From an uncultured delta proteobacterium (GTDB taxonomy: Bacteria > Myxococcota_A > Polyangia > Fen-1088), in the NCBI GenBank assembly GCA_963758155.1, contig CAVWUP010000032.1, forward strand, positions 2,478-66,477: a DNA stretch of 64,000 nt, written 5' to 3'. Position 1 is the stretch's first letter; every line of letters starts with the position of its first letter. The position numbers and the translations under genes are program-made. The notes beneath the pieces were generated by a model. That model saw nothing but the letters and a program-made list of their open reading frames with translations, had not been told where the DNA came from and made no database searches. Shown here piece after piece: positions 1 to 18,979 of the stretch.

Positions 1-145
1 CGGGCGGTCCTTTGAAGGACGCCACCTCAGAGAAGAGCCCACTCTCAATAGTGAGCCTCTTGTTGTGTTCGAGCGTCACCCTCTGGCCGAGCACGCGCTG
101 GGCGATCTCGAAGGCGCGACGCTCAAGCTCGTTCTTGTACTTCAT
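1..145 (-). CDS. 5' part of a CDS running off the window edge; possibly a restriction-endonuclease-fold protein
   Basis: ATG at 145 overlaps the stop of the upstream gene (ATGA); open to position 1: MKYKNELERRAFEIAQRVLGQRVTLEHNKRLTIESGLFSEVASFKGPP. The product guess rests only on the YxNELE..AFEI start resembling Mrr-type N-termini and on the defence context. Confidence 0.55.
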   Translation of the reverse strand, partial: MKYKNELERRAFEIAQRVLGQRVTLEHNKRLTIESGLFSEVASFKGPP

Positions 146-525
146 CGGAACACCTTCTCACCGGATGCCAACACCATGCCCGGTACGAGCTTCTCCGCCC
201 TGATCTTCTTCAGCGTCTCGCCATCGCGCACAACGAAGACCGTGTCGGCGGTCACGGACACGACTTTGGCGCCTATTTGACGTCTCAGCAGGCGCGTCGG
301 AAAGCGGGGTCGCGAGACCTCGACAACGGGGCTGGCCAGAAACTCTCCATCGTCGGTCGGCTCCAGGCTGAACAGCCCCTGGTCCCCGACGTACAGCACA
401 AGCCCAATCTCATCGTCCGCCAAGACGCGCTGGGATTCCCCACGCAGGCGGGAGATTAGAGCGTCCATGTCGATCAGCCTTCCGGTTGCGTCCACGAGCA
501 AGCACTCTGGGGAGGGTTTCGCCAT
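142..525 (-). CDS. Stand-alone Hint/intein N-terminal-domain-like protein (127 aa)
   Basis: ATG at 525 preceded by GGGGAGG; the segment SPVVEVSRPRFPTRLLRRQIGAKVVSVTADTVFVVRDGETLKKIRAEKLVPGMVL follows the intein N-domain pattern (V..V.R......I.VT.DH..FV...G......A..L.PGD); block-B His is replaced by Thr. Confidence 0.65.
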   Translation of the reverse strand: MAKPSPECLLVDATGRLIDMDALISRLRGESQRVLADDEIGLVLYVGDQGLFSLEPTDDGEFLASPVVEVSRPRFPTRLLRRQIGAKVVSVTADTVFVVRDGETLKKIRAEKLVPGMVLASGEKVFR

Positions 526-526
526 G

Positions 527-865
527 TCAATCCTCCCCGTGGGGAAACTTCGCTCGCACATCGGCCAGGATCGCATCCCGTTCCCGTTTGGACAGCTGGG
601 CAGGATGTGGCTTGGAGCTGCCCTGAACTGGCAACAGGGTTGGGTTGCCCGAAGCGTCGGCACCAATGATGTATCCTGGGTCGCCTTCCACGACCAACAT
701 CTTGATCGTCGACTCGCAGCGCGGACACACAACGTACTCATCCTGGAATGGCGGCATGATCGTCACCACACCGCCGCAGTTGCACCCGAGCTGAAAAGGG
801 TTTCCACCTTCGAGCGCCGCGCTGGCGACGAACGTGTAGAGATCGAAACGCTTCCTATCTCCCAT
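527..865 (-). CDS. Small Zn-ribbon protein (112 aa)
   Basis: CNCGG...CPRCE cysteine pairs; co-oriented and tightly packed between the methylase and the Hint-like gene. Confidence 0.75.
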   Translation of the reverse strand: MGDRKRFDLYTFVASAALEGGNPFQLGCNCGGVVTIMPPFQDEYVVCPRCESTIKMLVVEGDPGYIIGADASGNPTLLPVQGSSKPHPAQLSKRERDAILADVRAKFPHGED

Positions 866-895
866 GGATGCCTCGCTTTGGAGAAGAGACCAAAT

Positions 896-5488
<4,593 letters not shown>

Positions 5489-5490
5489 GG

Positions 5491-8337
5491 TCAGAATACG
5501 GCGGGCAGAAGGACAAAGACCCCGAGAAGGTCGGGCTCGCCAGCGGCCTGGATGCGGTGGCTGGTCCCTTTGGCTTTCGCGGCCTCGCGCACGCGGCGGT
5601 GGGCATCAAGCAATTCGGCGCCGCGAGTGTCGGCCATCTGCTTGAGCTGCGGCTTGATCGCGGCCATGCCCGCGTCGTCGAGCACACGCCGAAGGAAGTC
5701 GCGGGCGCGATCCGGGTTCACGTTGCCGGATGGGATGGCAGCGAGCAGTGCGTCCGCGTCCTGCTGGGACAGCCACTCTGCTGTCTGAGGGGCGCCACGG
5801 AAACCCAGCACCAGGCAGTCCTCGGCCAGCAGGGGCCATTCCTCTGTCCCGCGTTTGGTCAGGATGTGGAAGCGCAGGCGGACCAGCAGCAGGGTGGTGC
5901 GCTTGCTGACCGCCTTGGTCTCAATCACGCCGCACCGCTGGGCAATGGCGGCGCCCACTTGAGTGTCCAGCGCCGTGGTCAGGACGTGGCTGGCCAAACG
6001 CTCGACGATGGGATGCGTGCGCTGCAAGTGCAGGACGCCCTCGGGAACAGGAAGCTCGAAACGCGCGGTGAAGCCCTTGCCCTCGCCGATCGCCTCTCGA
6101 ATCGCAAGCGGAGCGCCCTTGAGGCCCACTTCGATGGTGCCATTGGTACCGCCCACGGTCGCGCCATGGGCGCGCAGGGCCTCGGTCACGAAGCGGGCCA
6201 CGTCGGTGCTGGAGCCAATGGCGCGGCGAACGGCATCCAGCTCGCGAGCAACCTCGTCGACTTTGATGGTGCCCTGGGCGTACACGGTCTGGGACAGTTT
6301 TTCGCGACCTGCGGCGGCCTCCCATTCCTGATGAATGTCGTGACGCTGGGGAAAGACGACCGTCTCCTCAAATAGGGAAAGCTGCTCGGGGTTGTTGCTG
6401 AACAGATCCAGTTGCTCTTGGCGGGGAGCGAGCAGACCCTGAAACACAGCCTCAAGCACCTGGCTGGGCGCGCCCGGGACCGGAACCGACACGCCGAGCG
6501 CGGTGCGGATGGACTTGTGTTTGCGCAGAAGCACGTCGAGCACGATGCGGTCGATGTGGTTGTCCTGGCCGTAGTAGGTGAGCACGCGTACGATGCCGCG
6601 ATTCTGGCCGTAGCGATCAACACGGCCTTCGCGCTGCTCGTGCCGGGTCGGGTTCCAGGCCAAATCGTAGTGAACCACGGCATCGAAGTGGTCCTGCAAG
6701 TTGACGCCCTCGCTGAGGCAATCAGTGGCTACCAGCAGGCGCTTGGGCGACTGGGCGAGTTGCAGGACGCGCTGCTCGCGCTCGGAGGGCGCAAGCTCGC
6801 CCGTGACGGCTTCGATGGTAACGCCCTTGAGGTGCTTGCGCAGGTGTTCGGCCAGGTACGCGGCCGTGGGGATGAAGCGACAGAAGACGATCGGGTGGTA
6901 GTCGTCCTCAAGAACCAACTTCTTGAGCAGGGCAACGATCCGCTTGAGCTTCTCGTCCTTGGCGCCGCAAAGGGCGTCGGCCTCGTCGGCCATGGAGAGA
7001 AGCTGGCGGCGGGTTTCGCTCTGTGGGCCGTCCTCCTCGGTCTGGCTGCCAGGGGCCACGTCGACGGTCTCGACGGCCTCGTCGCCCTCTTGATCCATGA
7101 TGGTTCGACGGCCGATCTCGTCGGCGGACTCGTTCGAGTCGGTGCCGTCCTCTTCGGCGCGGTTGCGCAGGGTAATGGCGGCGGCGGCCGGACTGGATGC
7201 CAGCGAGCGCAGGAGACCAAGGGCGGCCCACCAGCGGATGCGCTGCCGATGCGTGCCGTCTTGCGCGTTCTGCACGGTCTCGCGGGCAAAGGAAAGCACG
7301 CGCTTGAAAAGCGCCCGGTATTCGGGCGAGAGGTCGTAGGTTTCCTCCAGTTCCTCGCGTTTGGGGAACGGGGTGGTCGTGTCGAGGTACTGCTTGAGAT
7401 CGCCACGGCGGCGCTGGACCACGTACTGGGCTAGCTCGCGGCGCTGCTTCTCGTTCTCTGCACCGGCAAGGGTCTCGGGCAGGGCGGCGAATTCCGGCCG
7501 CAAGAGGGCGAGCAACGAACGAAAAGCGGTTTCTTTGCCACTGTGGGGCGTGGCAGTGACCAGGATGAGGTGGCGATTGGGGTCGGCAGCCAGGCCCTTG
7601 AGAAGCTGGTGGCGCTGGTGGCGGCCGGTTCCGCCGCCGCCGTCGAAGGCGCAGGTGTGCGCCTCGTCCACAATGACCAGGTCGGGGCAGGCACGCAGAA
7701 AATCGTCGCGGCGGCGATCGCTCTTGATGAAGTCCGTGGAAACCACGACGTACTTGTGAAGCTCGAACAGCGACTGGCCGACGGCGCAGTGGCGTTCAAG
7801 ACGTGGGGCCGTGCTGGCCAGGACCAGTTCGGTCTCGATGTGGAACTTGCGGCTCAGTTCCTGCTGCCACTGCTCGGCCAGGGGCGGCGGGCAGAGCACA
7901 ACCAGGCGCTTGGCCTCGCCCCGATCGAGAAGCTCGCGCGCGATCAGACCCGCCTCGATGGTTTTACCGATGCCCACATCGTCCGCGATCAGCAGGCGCA
8001 CGACGTCCTGGCGCATGGCCATCAGCAGCGGAACCAACTGGTAGGGACGGGGCTCCACCGCAAGCTGGGCGAAGGAGCGGAAGGGGCCGCTGCTGGAACG
8101 AAAACCGAGGCGCACGGCATCGCGCAGCAGGCGGCACGAGGCGTGATCGCCCAGGGAAGCCACGCTGGGCGGCGGGAAGGTGGCCGGTTCCACGGTTTCA
8201 AGCGGCAGGTACACACCTGCGACTTCCTCGTCGGTGCCGCCGAGCGGGCGCAGGACGAGCAGATCCTCAGCCGACTCGGGCAGGACGACCCACTCACGGC
8301 CACGCGCACGAACCAGAGCGCCGGGGGCGAAGGTCAT
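5491..8337 (-). CDS. DrmD-like SNF2-family helicase, 948 aa
   Basis: PRPYQLVPL, LLIADDVGIGKT (Walker A), DEAH, TATPHSG, SEGVNLQ, WNPTRHEQREGRVDRYGQ. Confidence 0.92.
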   Translation of the reverse strand: MTFAPGALVRARGREWVVLPESAEDLLVLRPLGGTDEEVAGVYLPLETVEPATFPPPSVASLGDHASCRLLRDAVRLGFRSSSGPFRSFAQLAVEPRPYQLVPLLMAMRQDVVRLLIADDVGIGKTIEAGLIARELLDRGEAKRLVVLCPPPLAEQWQQELSRKFHIETELVLASTAPRLERHCAVGQSLFELHKYVVVSTDFIKSDRRRDDFLRACPDLVIVDEAHTCAFDGGGGTGRHQRHQLLKGLAADPNRHLILVTATPHSGKETAFRSLLALLRPEFAALPETLAGAENEKQRRELAQYVVQRRRGDLKQYLDTTTPFPKREELEETYDLSPEYRALFKRVLSFARETVQNAQDGTHRQRIRWWAALGLLRSLASSPAAAAITLRNRAEEDGTDSNESADEIGRRTIMDQEGDEAVETVDVAPGSQTEEDGPQSETRRQLLSMADEADALCGAKDEKLKRIVALLKKLVLEDDYHPIVFCRFIPTAAYLAEHLRKHLKGVTIEAVTGELAPSEREQRVLQLAQSPKRLLVATDCLSEGVNLQDHFDAVVHYDLAWNPTRHEQREGRVDRYGQNRGIVRVLTYYGQDNHIDRIVLDVLLRKHKSIRTALGVSVPVPGAPSQVLEAVFQGLLAPRQEQLDLFSNNPEQLSLFEETVVFPQRHDIHQEWEAAAGREKLSQTVYAQGTIKVDEVARELDAVRRAIGSSTDVARFVTEALRAHGATVGGTNGTIEVGLKGAPLAIREAIGEGKGFTARFELPVPEGVLHLQRTHPIVERLASHVLTTALDTQVGAAIAQRCGVIETKAVSKRTTLLLVRLRFHILTKRGTEEWPLLAEDCLVLGFRGAPQTAEWLSQQDADALLAAIPSGNVNPDRARDFLRRVLDDAGMAAIKPQLKQMADTRGAELLDAHRRVREAAKAKGTSHRIQAAGEPDLLGVFVLLPAVF
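8318..8337 (-). repeat. Direct repeat copy 1 (start of SNF2 gene, ATGACCTTCGCCCCCGGCGC)
   Basis: 19/20 identical to 10400-10419. Confidence 0.85.
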
Positions 8338-8689
8338 GTGGCATTGTCGATCACGTGGGTCCGTCAGGCAAGTGGGAGAGGGACGGATCAGAGCTGGACC
8401 GCAGGGAAGGAACCAGCTGTGAGCTTGAGCCTACCAGCAAACACCTCATCCCTCCCTCGAACGCACTTCCGATTCACGCCGGTTTCGCCGCTTGACCGTG
8501 GATATCCTTTCTCGTGTCCGGCAGAACGAGACTCGACGACGCGCAATCTCGTCCCCCATAGCTGGCCTGCCGTCGGGGGCGCCATCGAGACGCCGGCCTC
8601 GCGGAGCCAGCTCACCCAGGAAATGTGCTTGACGTGAGGCGACGCCGGGAATCTACTGACCACCTCGTTGTGATCGCCGGAGGGCACGC

Positions 8690-10351
8690 ATGAAATGTGA
8701 CCGAACCCTGGCTCTCGTCGTGGTCGTGTTCTCGGTCTTCTTCAACTCGACAACCCTTGGGCAAGTTCCGGATCGTGAAGGGAACACGAGACACCGGCAG
8801 GCCGGGCTGGAAGTTTCCGGGGAAACTGAGCCTTCACTCGTCCCCGATGCTCCCGCTCCCACCGTCCAAGGCTCACGCGACGGTAGTGCGACAGAGACAG
8901 TGGCATCTCGGTTTCTCCTCGAACGACGGCTGATCAGGTTGGAGGAGCAACTAGCTTCGACCAAGCTGCTGGGCGCAATCTTGGCGGGAATCATGGCGCT
9001 TCTGGGAGTCTTGAACATCATCAAGGAATTGATCCAGCGCAAGGACTACAAGAACGAGCGCAAGTTCTATGAGCAGCGGGTGCTCAACGCCGAGGACCGG
9101 CAGGACTCGGCTGCCACTAAGAATGGGCAAGTCCTGTCTGAGCAGATCGACAACATCCAGAAGCTTGGCGGCGTGATAGGTCTCTTGAGAGACACCTACG
9201 AGCTGCAACTGAAACGGGAAGAGGCCCAGTCCGCGCTCGTCAAGAGATTGGAGGCGACGGACGCATTGGTCAGCCAGATGAGGAATGACTCAAGAGACCG
9301 ATATCGCAATGCCGGGAAAATCTTCCGCGACTCCTTCGGTTCGGTCAAGGCCATGGCCTGGCCCTCGCTGTCGCTAGACCTGGTCAACTTGGCCAACCGA
9401 GCCCGTGCCCAGCTTGAGAGCACGCCGAGGTTCATCATTGATGAGGAGAGGAAGGACAACCCAGCCACGTTCGCTCGCGTAATGCAGCTGGCCGGTACGA
9501 GCGCATTCTACGCAAACGATATCGACGCCGCACTTCACAGTCTAAAGGAGGCCGACGACACGTTTTCGACTCTCCAGGCAAGTTCGGATACGGTCAATGC
9601 ACGAGCCTATACTAAGCACTTTCGCGGGATCGCTGAGAAGAATTGGCGACTGAGTAGCGCTCAGGCAGGTGAGAACCTGCTTGAAGCAAAGACACTACTC
9701 GAACAGGCTGTTGAGATTTTCGGCCGCACGTCAAAGCAGTTCTTGACAATGATCACGCTTGCGGAGGTCATGTCCTACTTGGGGGAGGACACCGACGCTC
9801 TGCTTTCAGAAATGATTGAGCGTCTCGAGCAGCTGAAGGGCACGACTGCGCTCGACGGGAACCAGAGAACGCTACTGACCAGAGCATACCTGCTGCGGGG
9901 AAACAGCTTTGCGCTACGAAACGACCGAATAGCCGCCTCCAAGTGGTATGAAAAGGCTGTCGCGCATGACCCGAAGAGCTACTACGCCCACCTGTCGGTA
10001 GCGGAAGCGGGCGGTTCCGACGGTCGTGACGTCGGGGACTCGTGGCGGACAGGATTCCGACTTCTTGAGGACTCGGGGGCAACAAGAAGGCGTGAGATCA
10101 CCACCCGAGTCACGGCATTGGCTTGGGGGCTCGTCGCTGCGGCCAAGCTGGGCGATGCTGACGCGCGAGAGCGCTACGGGCTGGAGCTGGCGACGATCCA
10201 ACAGAGCGGGCAAGTTGGTGGCCGTGTTCCGCTCTTTTTCTCACCCATCTCGAAGCAACTTCTCGATCTTGATGCCCTTGTACGAGAGCTCCCTTCGCGG
10301 TTGGACAAGACGACGGCGGCGGACCCTGGTGTGCCGAAGGGCAGCTCGTAA
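8690..10351 (+). CDS. Membrane-anchored coiled-coil/TPR-like protein, 553 aa
   Basis: N-terminal hydrophobic signal-like segment, TM helix LLGAILAGIMALLGVLNII, coiled-coil stretch, TPR-like helices (AYLLRGNSFALRNDRIAASKWYEKAVAHDPKSYYAHLSVA). Confidence 0.8.
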   Translation: MKCDRTLALVVVVFSVFFNSTTLGQVPDREGNTRHRQAGLEVSGETEPSLVPDAPAPTVQGSRDGSATETVASRFLLERRLIRLEEQLASTKLLGAILAGIMALLGVLNIIKELIQRKDYKNERKFYEQRVLNAEDRQDSAATKNGQVLSEQIDNIQKLGGVIGLLRDTYELQLKREEAQSALVKRLEATDALVSQMRNDSRDRYRNAGKIFRDSFGSVKAMAWPSLSLDLVNLANRARAQLESTPRFIIDEERKDNPATFARVMQLAGTSAFYANDIDAALHSLKEADDTFSTLQASSDTVNARAYTKHFRGIAEKNWRLSSAQAGENLLEAKTLLEQAVEIFGRTSKQFLTMITLAEVMSYLGEDTDALLSEMIERLEQLKGTTALDGNQRTLLTRAYLLRGNSFALRNDRIAASKWYEKAVAHDPKSYYAHLSVAEAGGSDGRDVGDSWRTGFRLLEDSGATRRREITTRVTALAWGLVAAAKLGDADARERYGLELATIQQSGQVGGRVPLFFSPISKQLLDLDALVRELPSRLDKTTAADPGVPKGSS

Positions 10352-10399
10352 GGGATTGACCCTAGATGGGCGGCCCATCCGTCGTAGAGGGTGTCTGAC

Positions 10400-10415
10400 G
10401 CGCCGGGGGCGAAGT

Positions 10416-10419
<4 letters not shown>
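10400..10419 (-). repeat. Direct repeat copy 2 (vestigial SNF2 start ATGAACTTCGCCCCCGGCGC overlapping the helicase stop)
   Basis: 19/20 identical to 8318-8337; its ATG overlaps the TGA of the 10416 gene (ATGA). Confidence 0.85.
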
Positions 10420-15581
<5,162 letters not shown>

Positions 15582-15827
15582 GGTCAGGAAGCGAGGCGGT
15601 GCAAGGCCGCCCGCAGCGGGCAGTGTACACCTTTGACGGGGGACGGTGGGGAGGGGGGAATGCCTTCTCCTCTCCCGCCTCGTAGTACGTCTCGGCCGAA
15701 AACGCCCAGGCTCCACTTCACGCCGGGTTTGCAGTAGGTGGAGCGCGCCGGCGTTGACTTGGGTTGAGATCGCGGCGGGATCACCTGCGGCCCGATCGCG
15801 CGGCGGGTTTCCAGTAACACGCCTGAG

Positions 15828-15864
15828 ATAGGGTGTTAGGGCCACAATAGGGTGTTAGGGCCAC
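15828..15864. repeat. Tandem 18-bp direct repeat ATAGGGTGTTAGGGCCAC x2
   Basis: Exact copies at 15828-15845 and 15847-15864 in the divergent intergenic region. Confidence 0.9.
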
Positions 15865-15899
15865 TTCCGTACCGGGTTGTGCGCTGTTATAGTGCGGCA

Positions 15900-17915
15900 A
15901 TGTTGCGGGTGTCGACTTCAAGGCTCATTGCGTTTGTCGTTCCCGTTTTCGCTGCCCAGGCCTTGGCTGCGGCACCTGCGGGCGCGGACACCTCAATCGA
16001 GGCGATCTGCGGCGCTAGCCCTCCGCTCGAAACGCGACCATCAGGCAGGAGTGAATTCCAAATCGGCCGCTCCGGCAGGGTCGCACGGGACAGCAAGAAT
16101 GGCGAGAAGGGGACGGTCAGCTTCTTTGCCGATGCCGAGCCAGGTTCGCGCCTATTGGTGCGAGTCGATGCCGTTTCGACCCTCGATCCCAAGGTCGCAC
16201 CGAGCGACCGAGCGTCGTTCTGCGGCGCGCTCGATGCCGACCAAGAACTGGTCCTTAACGCTAGTGCCATCAAAGATGGCAAGGACGTCTGGCGCTTGAC
16301 CGTCTATCTTCTGCGAGGAGAAGCAGAATGGCTCAGTTTCGGGCTTCCAAAGGCGCGGACGGGCGATACCTGGACCAAGCTGGTCGCGAAGGCACAGACC
16401 GGAGAAGAACGATGGATCTACGCGCAGGCACTCAGCCCGATTCTGCAGGACGGAGATGCAATCGATCCAGAAAATCCCGGAAGAGCCGTCGAACCGGCGA
16501 GGAGAGTGGCTGAAGCCACCCGCTGGTCACTTGGTCGGTTGAAACGAACCGTTGACAGAATCGCTGAAACATACCCGGTCGCGGCACCGGGGCTGCTGCA
16601 CGCGATCAGCGATCTCGGAGATCTCAGTGTTTCAGCGAGCAAGTTGGTGGAGGACAAGGGATCTTCGAGCACCGTCGGCGAGTTCGCCGCGAAGTGGAGC
16701 GTGATCCGAGCCAAGGTGGGCAACAACGTAGTCCCTAATGCGCCCGACAAGCTACGCTGTACCGACGCTGCTCGTGCCAACCTCCACGAAGCGCCAAGAC
16801 TTGCTGCTCTGTGGCCCTTCGGCACCTTCGAGCTGCCAACGACGACCAAGGAACACACCATTGAGCTTCCGGGGATTGGGCCGGTACCTCCTCCCCGACC
16901 AGTGTCGGAAGACTCGCTCGTGACTGCTTGGGCAACATACCTTCCCCCCGACACGAACGCCTCATTTATGTGGGCTGCCGGAGAAAGCACGGCTCCCGAT
17001 GCATTCAAAGCGCTAGGGGGCTTCCTCGCAGTGCTCGCCTCGCGGGCACCAGTTGGCACCAAGGCGATGAGGCAGCCGCCCCCGGACATCGACCAAAAGG
17101 TACTTGGGTTGACGAGCGCTGAGTCGTGCGCGGATATTCAGGTGGGGCCGGTTCCATCGCCTTGGGAGCCGCTGGCCAAATACGAAACCCGCGCTCGGAC
17201 GAGCGCAACGCTGGATGGCCAGAACTTGCTGCGTGATCGCGTCTACACTGTATACGCTTGCTCAGGCGAGTGCATTCTCACCGGCAATGAGAAGAACATC
17301 GTCGCCAAGGCACAAGCAAGGACGCCCGCTGGCCTTGCCCTGACGCTGCTGGGTGCTATGGCCTACGACTTCCGGCTGAGCCATCCAACGAAGCAGTTTG
17401 GGGACTTCCGATGGGTTCCGACGTCTCTGTCCGGCAACACACAGCAGGTCTTCCAGCTTGCGGAGGTGTCACAGCCACTTCAGAGCATCTCGACGACGCT
17501 GTTGCTCACGCTCCTTCTTCCCGAATGTGGCGCCGGGCGCTTTGGCATTGGTGGCGGTCCCAGCATTCTCTTCGGGTCGGGCTCCGGCGCGCTCAAGCAG
17601 TGGACACTGAATCTAGTATGGGCGCCCCTCCGGAGTATCGACGCCAATCTGACCGACAAGATCTTCTTGACGGCTGGTGTGGGGTTCCGCCTGGTGGACA
17701 AACTGCTGACTCAAAACGTGGGCGATCGTCTAGTGCTCGATCGCACCAACCAACAAACGCCTTCCTTGCCCACAATCGCGACCAGTTGGGATACCGTCTC
17801 TGTGTTTTCCGTGGGGCTTGCTGTAGATCTTTCTGTCCTCGGGGATGCGGCAACAGCGGTCTTTGGAACAAAAATGACAGGCGCATCGCCCGCTGCTTCT
17901 GGAGGATCGCAATGA
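15900..17915 (+). CDS. Exported hypothetical protein (671 aa), possible C-terminal beta-barrel-like region
   Basis: Signal peptide MLRVSTSRLIAFVVPVFAAQALA; amphipathic beta-strand-like C-terminus; TGTTATAGT extended -10-like element just upstream of the ATG. Confidence 0.75.
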   Translation: MLRVSTSRLIAFVVPVFAAQALAAAPAGADTSIEAICGASPPLETRPSGRSEFQIGRSGRVARDSKNGEKGTVSFFADAEPGSRLLVRVDAVSTLDPKVAPSDRASFCGALDADQELVLNASAIKDGKDVWRLTVYLLRGEAEWLSFGLPKARTGDTWTKLVAKAQTGEERWIYAQALSPILQDGDAIDPENPGRAVEPARRVAEATRWSLGRLKRTVDRIAETYPVAAPGLLHAISDLGDLSVSASKLVEDKGSSSTVGEFAAKWSVIRAKVGNNVVPNAPDKLRCTDAARANLHEAPRLAALWPFGTFELPTTTKEHTIELPGIGPVPPPRPVSEDSLVTAWATYLPPDTNASFMWAAGESTAPDAFKALGGFLAVLASRAPVGTKAMRQPPPDIDQKVLGLTSAESCADIQVGPVPSPWEPLAKYETRARTSATLDGQNLLRDRVYTVYACSGECILTGNEKNIVAKAQARTPAGLALTLLGAMAYDFRLSHPTKQFGDFRWVPTSLSGNTQQVFQLAEVSQPLQSISTTLLLTLLLPECGAGRFGIGGGPSILFGSGSGALKQWTLNLVWAPLRSIDANLTDKIFLTAGVGFRLVDKLLTQNVGDRLVLDRTNQQTPSLPTIATSWDTVSVFSVGLAVDLSVLGDAATAVFGTKMTGASPAASGGSQ

Positions 17916-18979
17916 ACGCCCAGGCTCTTGCCTTCTTCAGCGCTGTTGGCTTTGCGGCTTGCAGCGGTCCAGGCGTTGAGAGTACGACTCTTGACCTGTC
18001 GATCACCTTCCCCGACGGCGTGGGGTCGGAAAACCAGCTCCCGCTGGACACGGCGGACGGTTTCCCGTTCCGCGTTGCGCTGGGCACGCAACTAGGTAGT
18101 CTCCACGGTACGTTGAAGGCACATGTTTTTCTGGTTGGGGCCGCCGCTGGCGATCTCGCGCCATCTGGAACCGCGCCAAACACGGACGTGGTTGTTTCGC
18201 TCAACGATGAAGGGTCCGGCACCTACGGTGGCAACGTCAGACTCAATGCGCCTAACCCTGGAGAGCTTGTGGTGCAGGCCGAGGTGGCTGGCCAGACCTC
18301 CACCGCGACAGCCATCATGCCTTCGCCGGTGCTGAAAGGCGCGGTCGCCGCGACCACAGTTTGGTCAGGGTCCACGGCACGATACTCAGTCTGCATAGAG
18401 ACATCTTCCGAGAAGGGAACCATCGACCTGGCTTCCGCAGATTCCGCCGTTCTCGCCCAGTTGAGCACGCCTGCGGGCACGCTCGTGCCGGGGCCCTGCA
18501 CGCTACCGCCCGTCCCGAATGGTTCTGGGGTTTCACATGCCAATTTCGTGGTCGCTTTTCCCCCACCTTTCACTGTCACAGGCACGCTGCGCGGGAAGCC
18601 AGTAGCGGCGGACCCCGCGCCCTGGACGTGTGCCGTTTCTGCCGACACCGAACTGGTACCGACTGTGAATATCGATCTTAGGTCTGCGTCAACCGGCGTC
18701 GTCCTCACGACGGGATCGCTTTTCTCGGTGACCCTTACCGCAACGTCGACCTCGTCGAGCAGCGCAATGACAGGCGGGACGCCCATTGCTGGAGCCAATG
18801 TCGTCTTCTCGGTGTTCTCATCGTCCGCGAGTTCTGCGCCTACGCTGTCTCCCACTAGCGCCATGACCGGTGTCGACGGCAAGGCGACGGCATTCGTCGT
18901 CTTGGCACCGGGTGCCCAGGTAGCGATAGCGGCGACGGTCGCGAACGCAACGGTTTCGGTCATAGTACAAGGCCAGTGA
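17912..18979 (+). CDS. Lipoprotein with Ig-like (Big-1-like) domains, 355 aa
   Basis: GGAGG RBS, ATGA overlap with the upstream gene, lipobox FAAC; C-terminal PIAGANVVFS...SAMTGVDGKATA...VAIAATV pattern. Confidence 0.75.
   Translation: MNAQALAFFSAVGFAACSGPGVESTTLDLSITFPDGVGSENQLPLDTADGFPFRVALGTQLGSLHGTLKAHVFLVGAAAGDLAPSGTAPNTDVVVSLNDEGSGTYGGNVRLNAPNPGELVVQAEVAGQTSTATAIMPSPVLKGAVAATTVWSGSTARYSVCIETSSEKGTIDLASADSAVLAQLSTPAGTLVPGPCTLPPVPNGSGVSHANFVVAFPPPFTVTGTLRGKPVAADPAPWTCAVSADTELVPTVNIDLRSASTGVVLTTGSLFSVTLTATSTSSSSAMTGGTPIAGANVVFSVFSSSASSAPTLSPTSAMTGVDGKATAFVVLAPGAQVAIAATVANATVSVIVQGQ

Noticed and set aside
15582-15845. 88-aa N-terminal extension of the large helicase given by the ORF track
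   Set aside because: Low-complexity translation of promoter DNA; family-like sequence starts at MDVFELR. Similar trimming applied to ORFs at 17411, 30484, 33798, 42584, 44183, 51374, 55529, 56888 and 60354.
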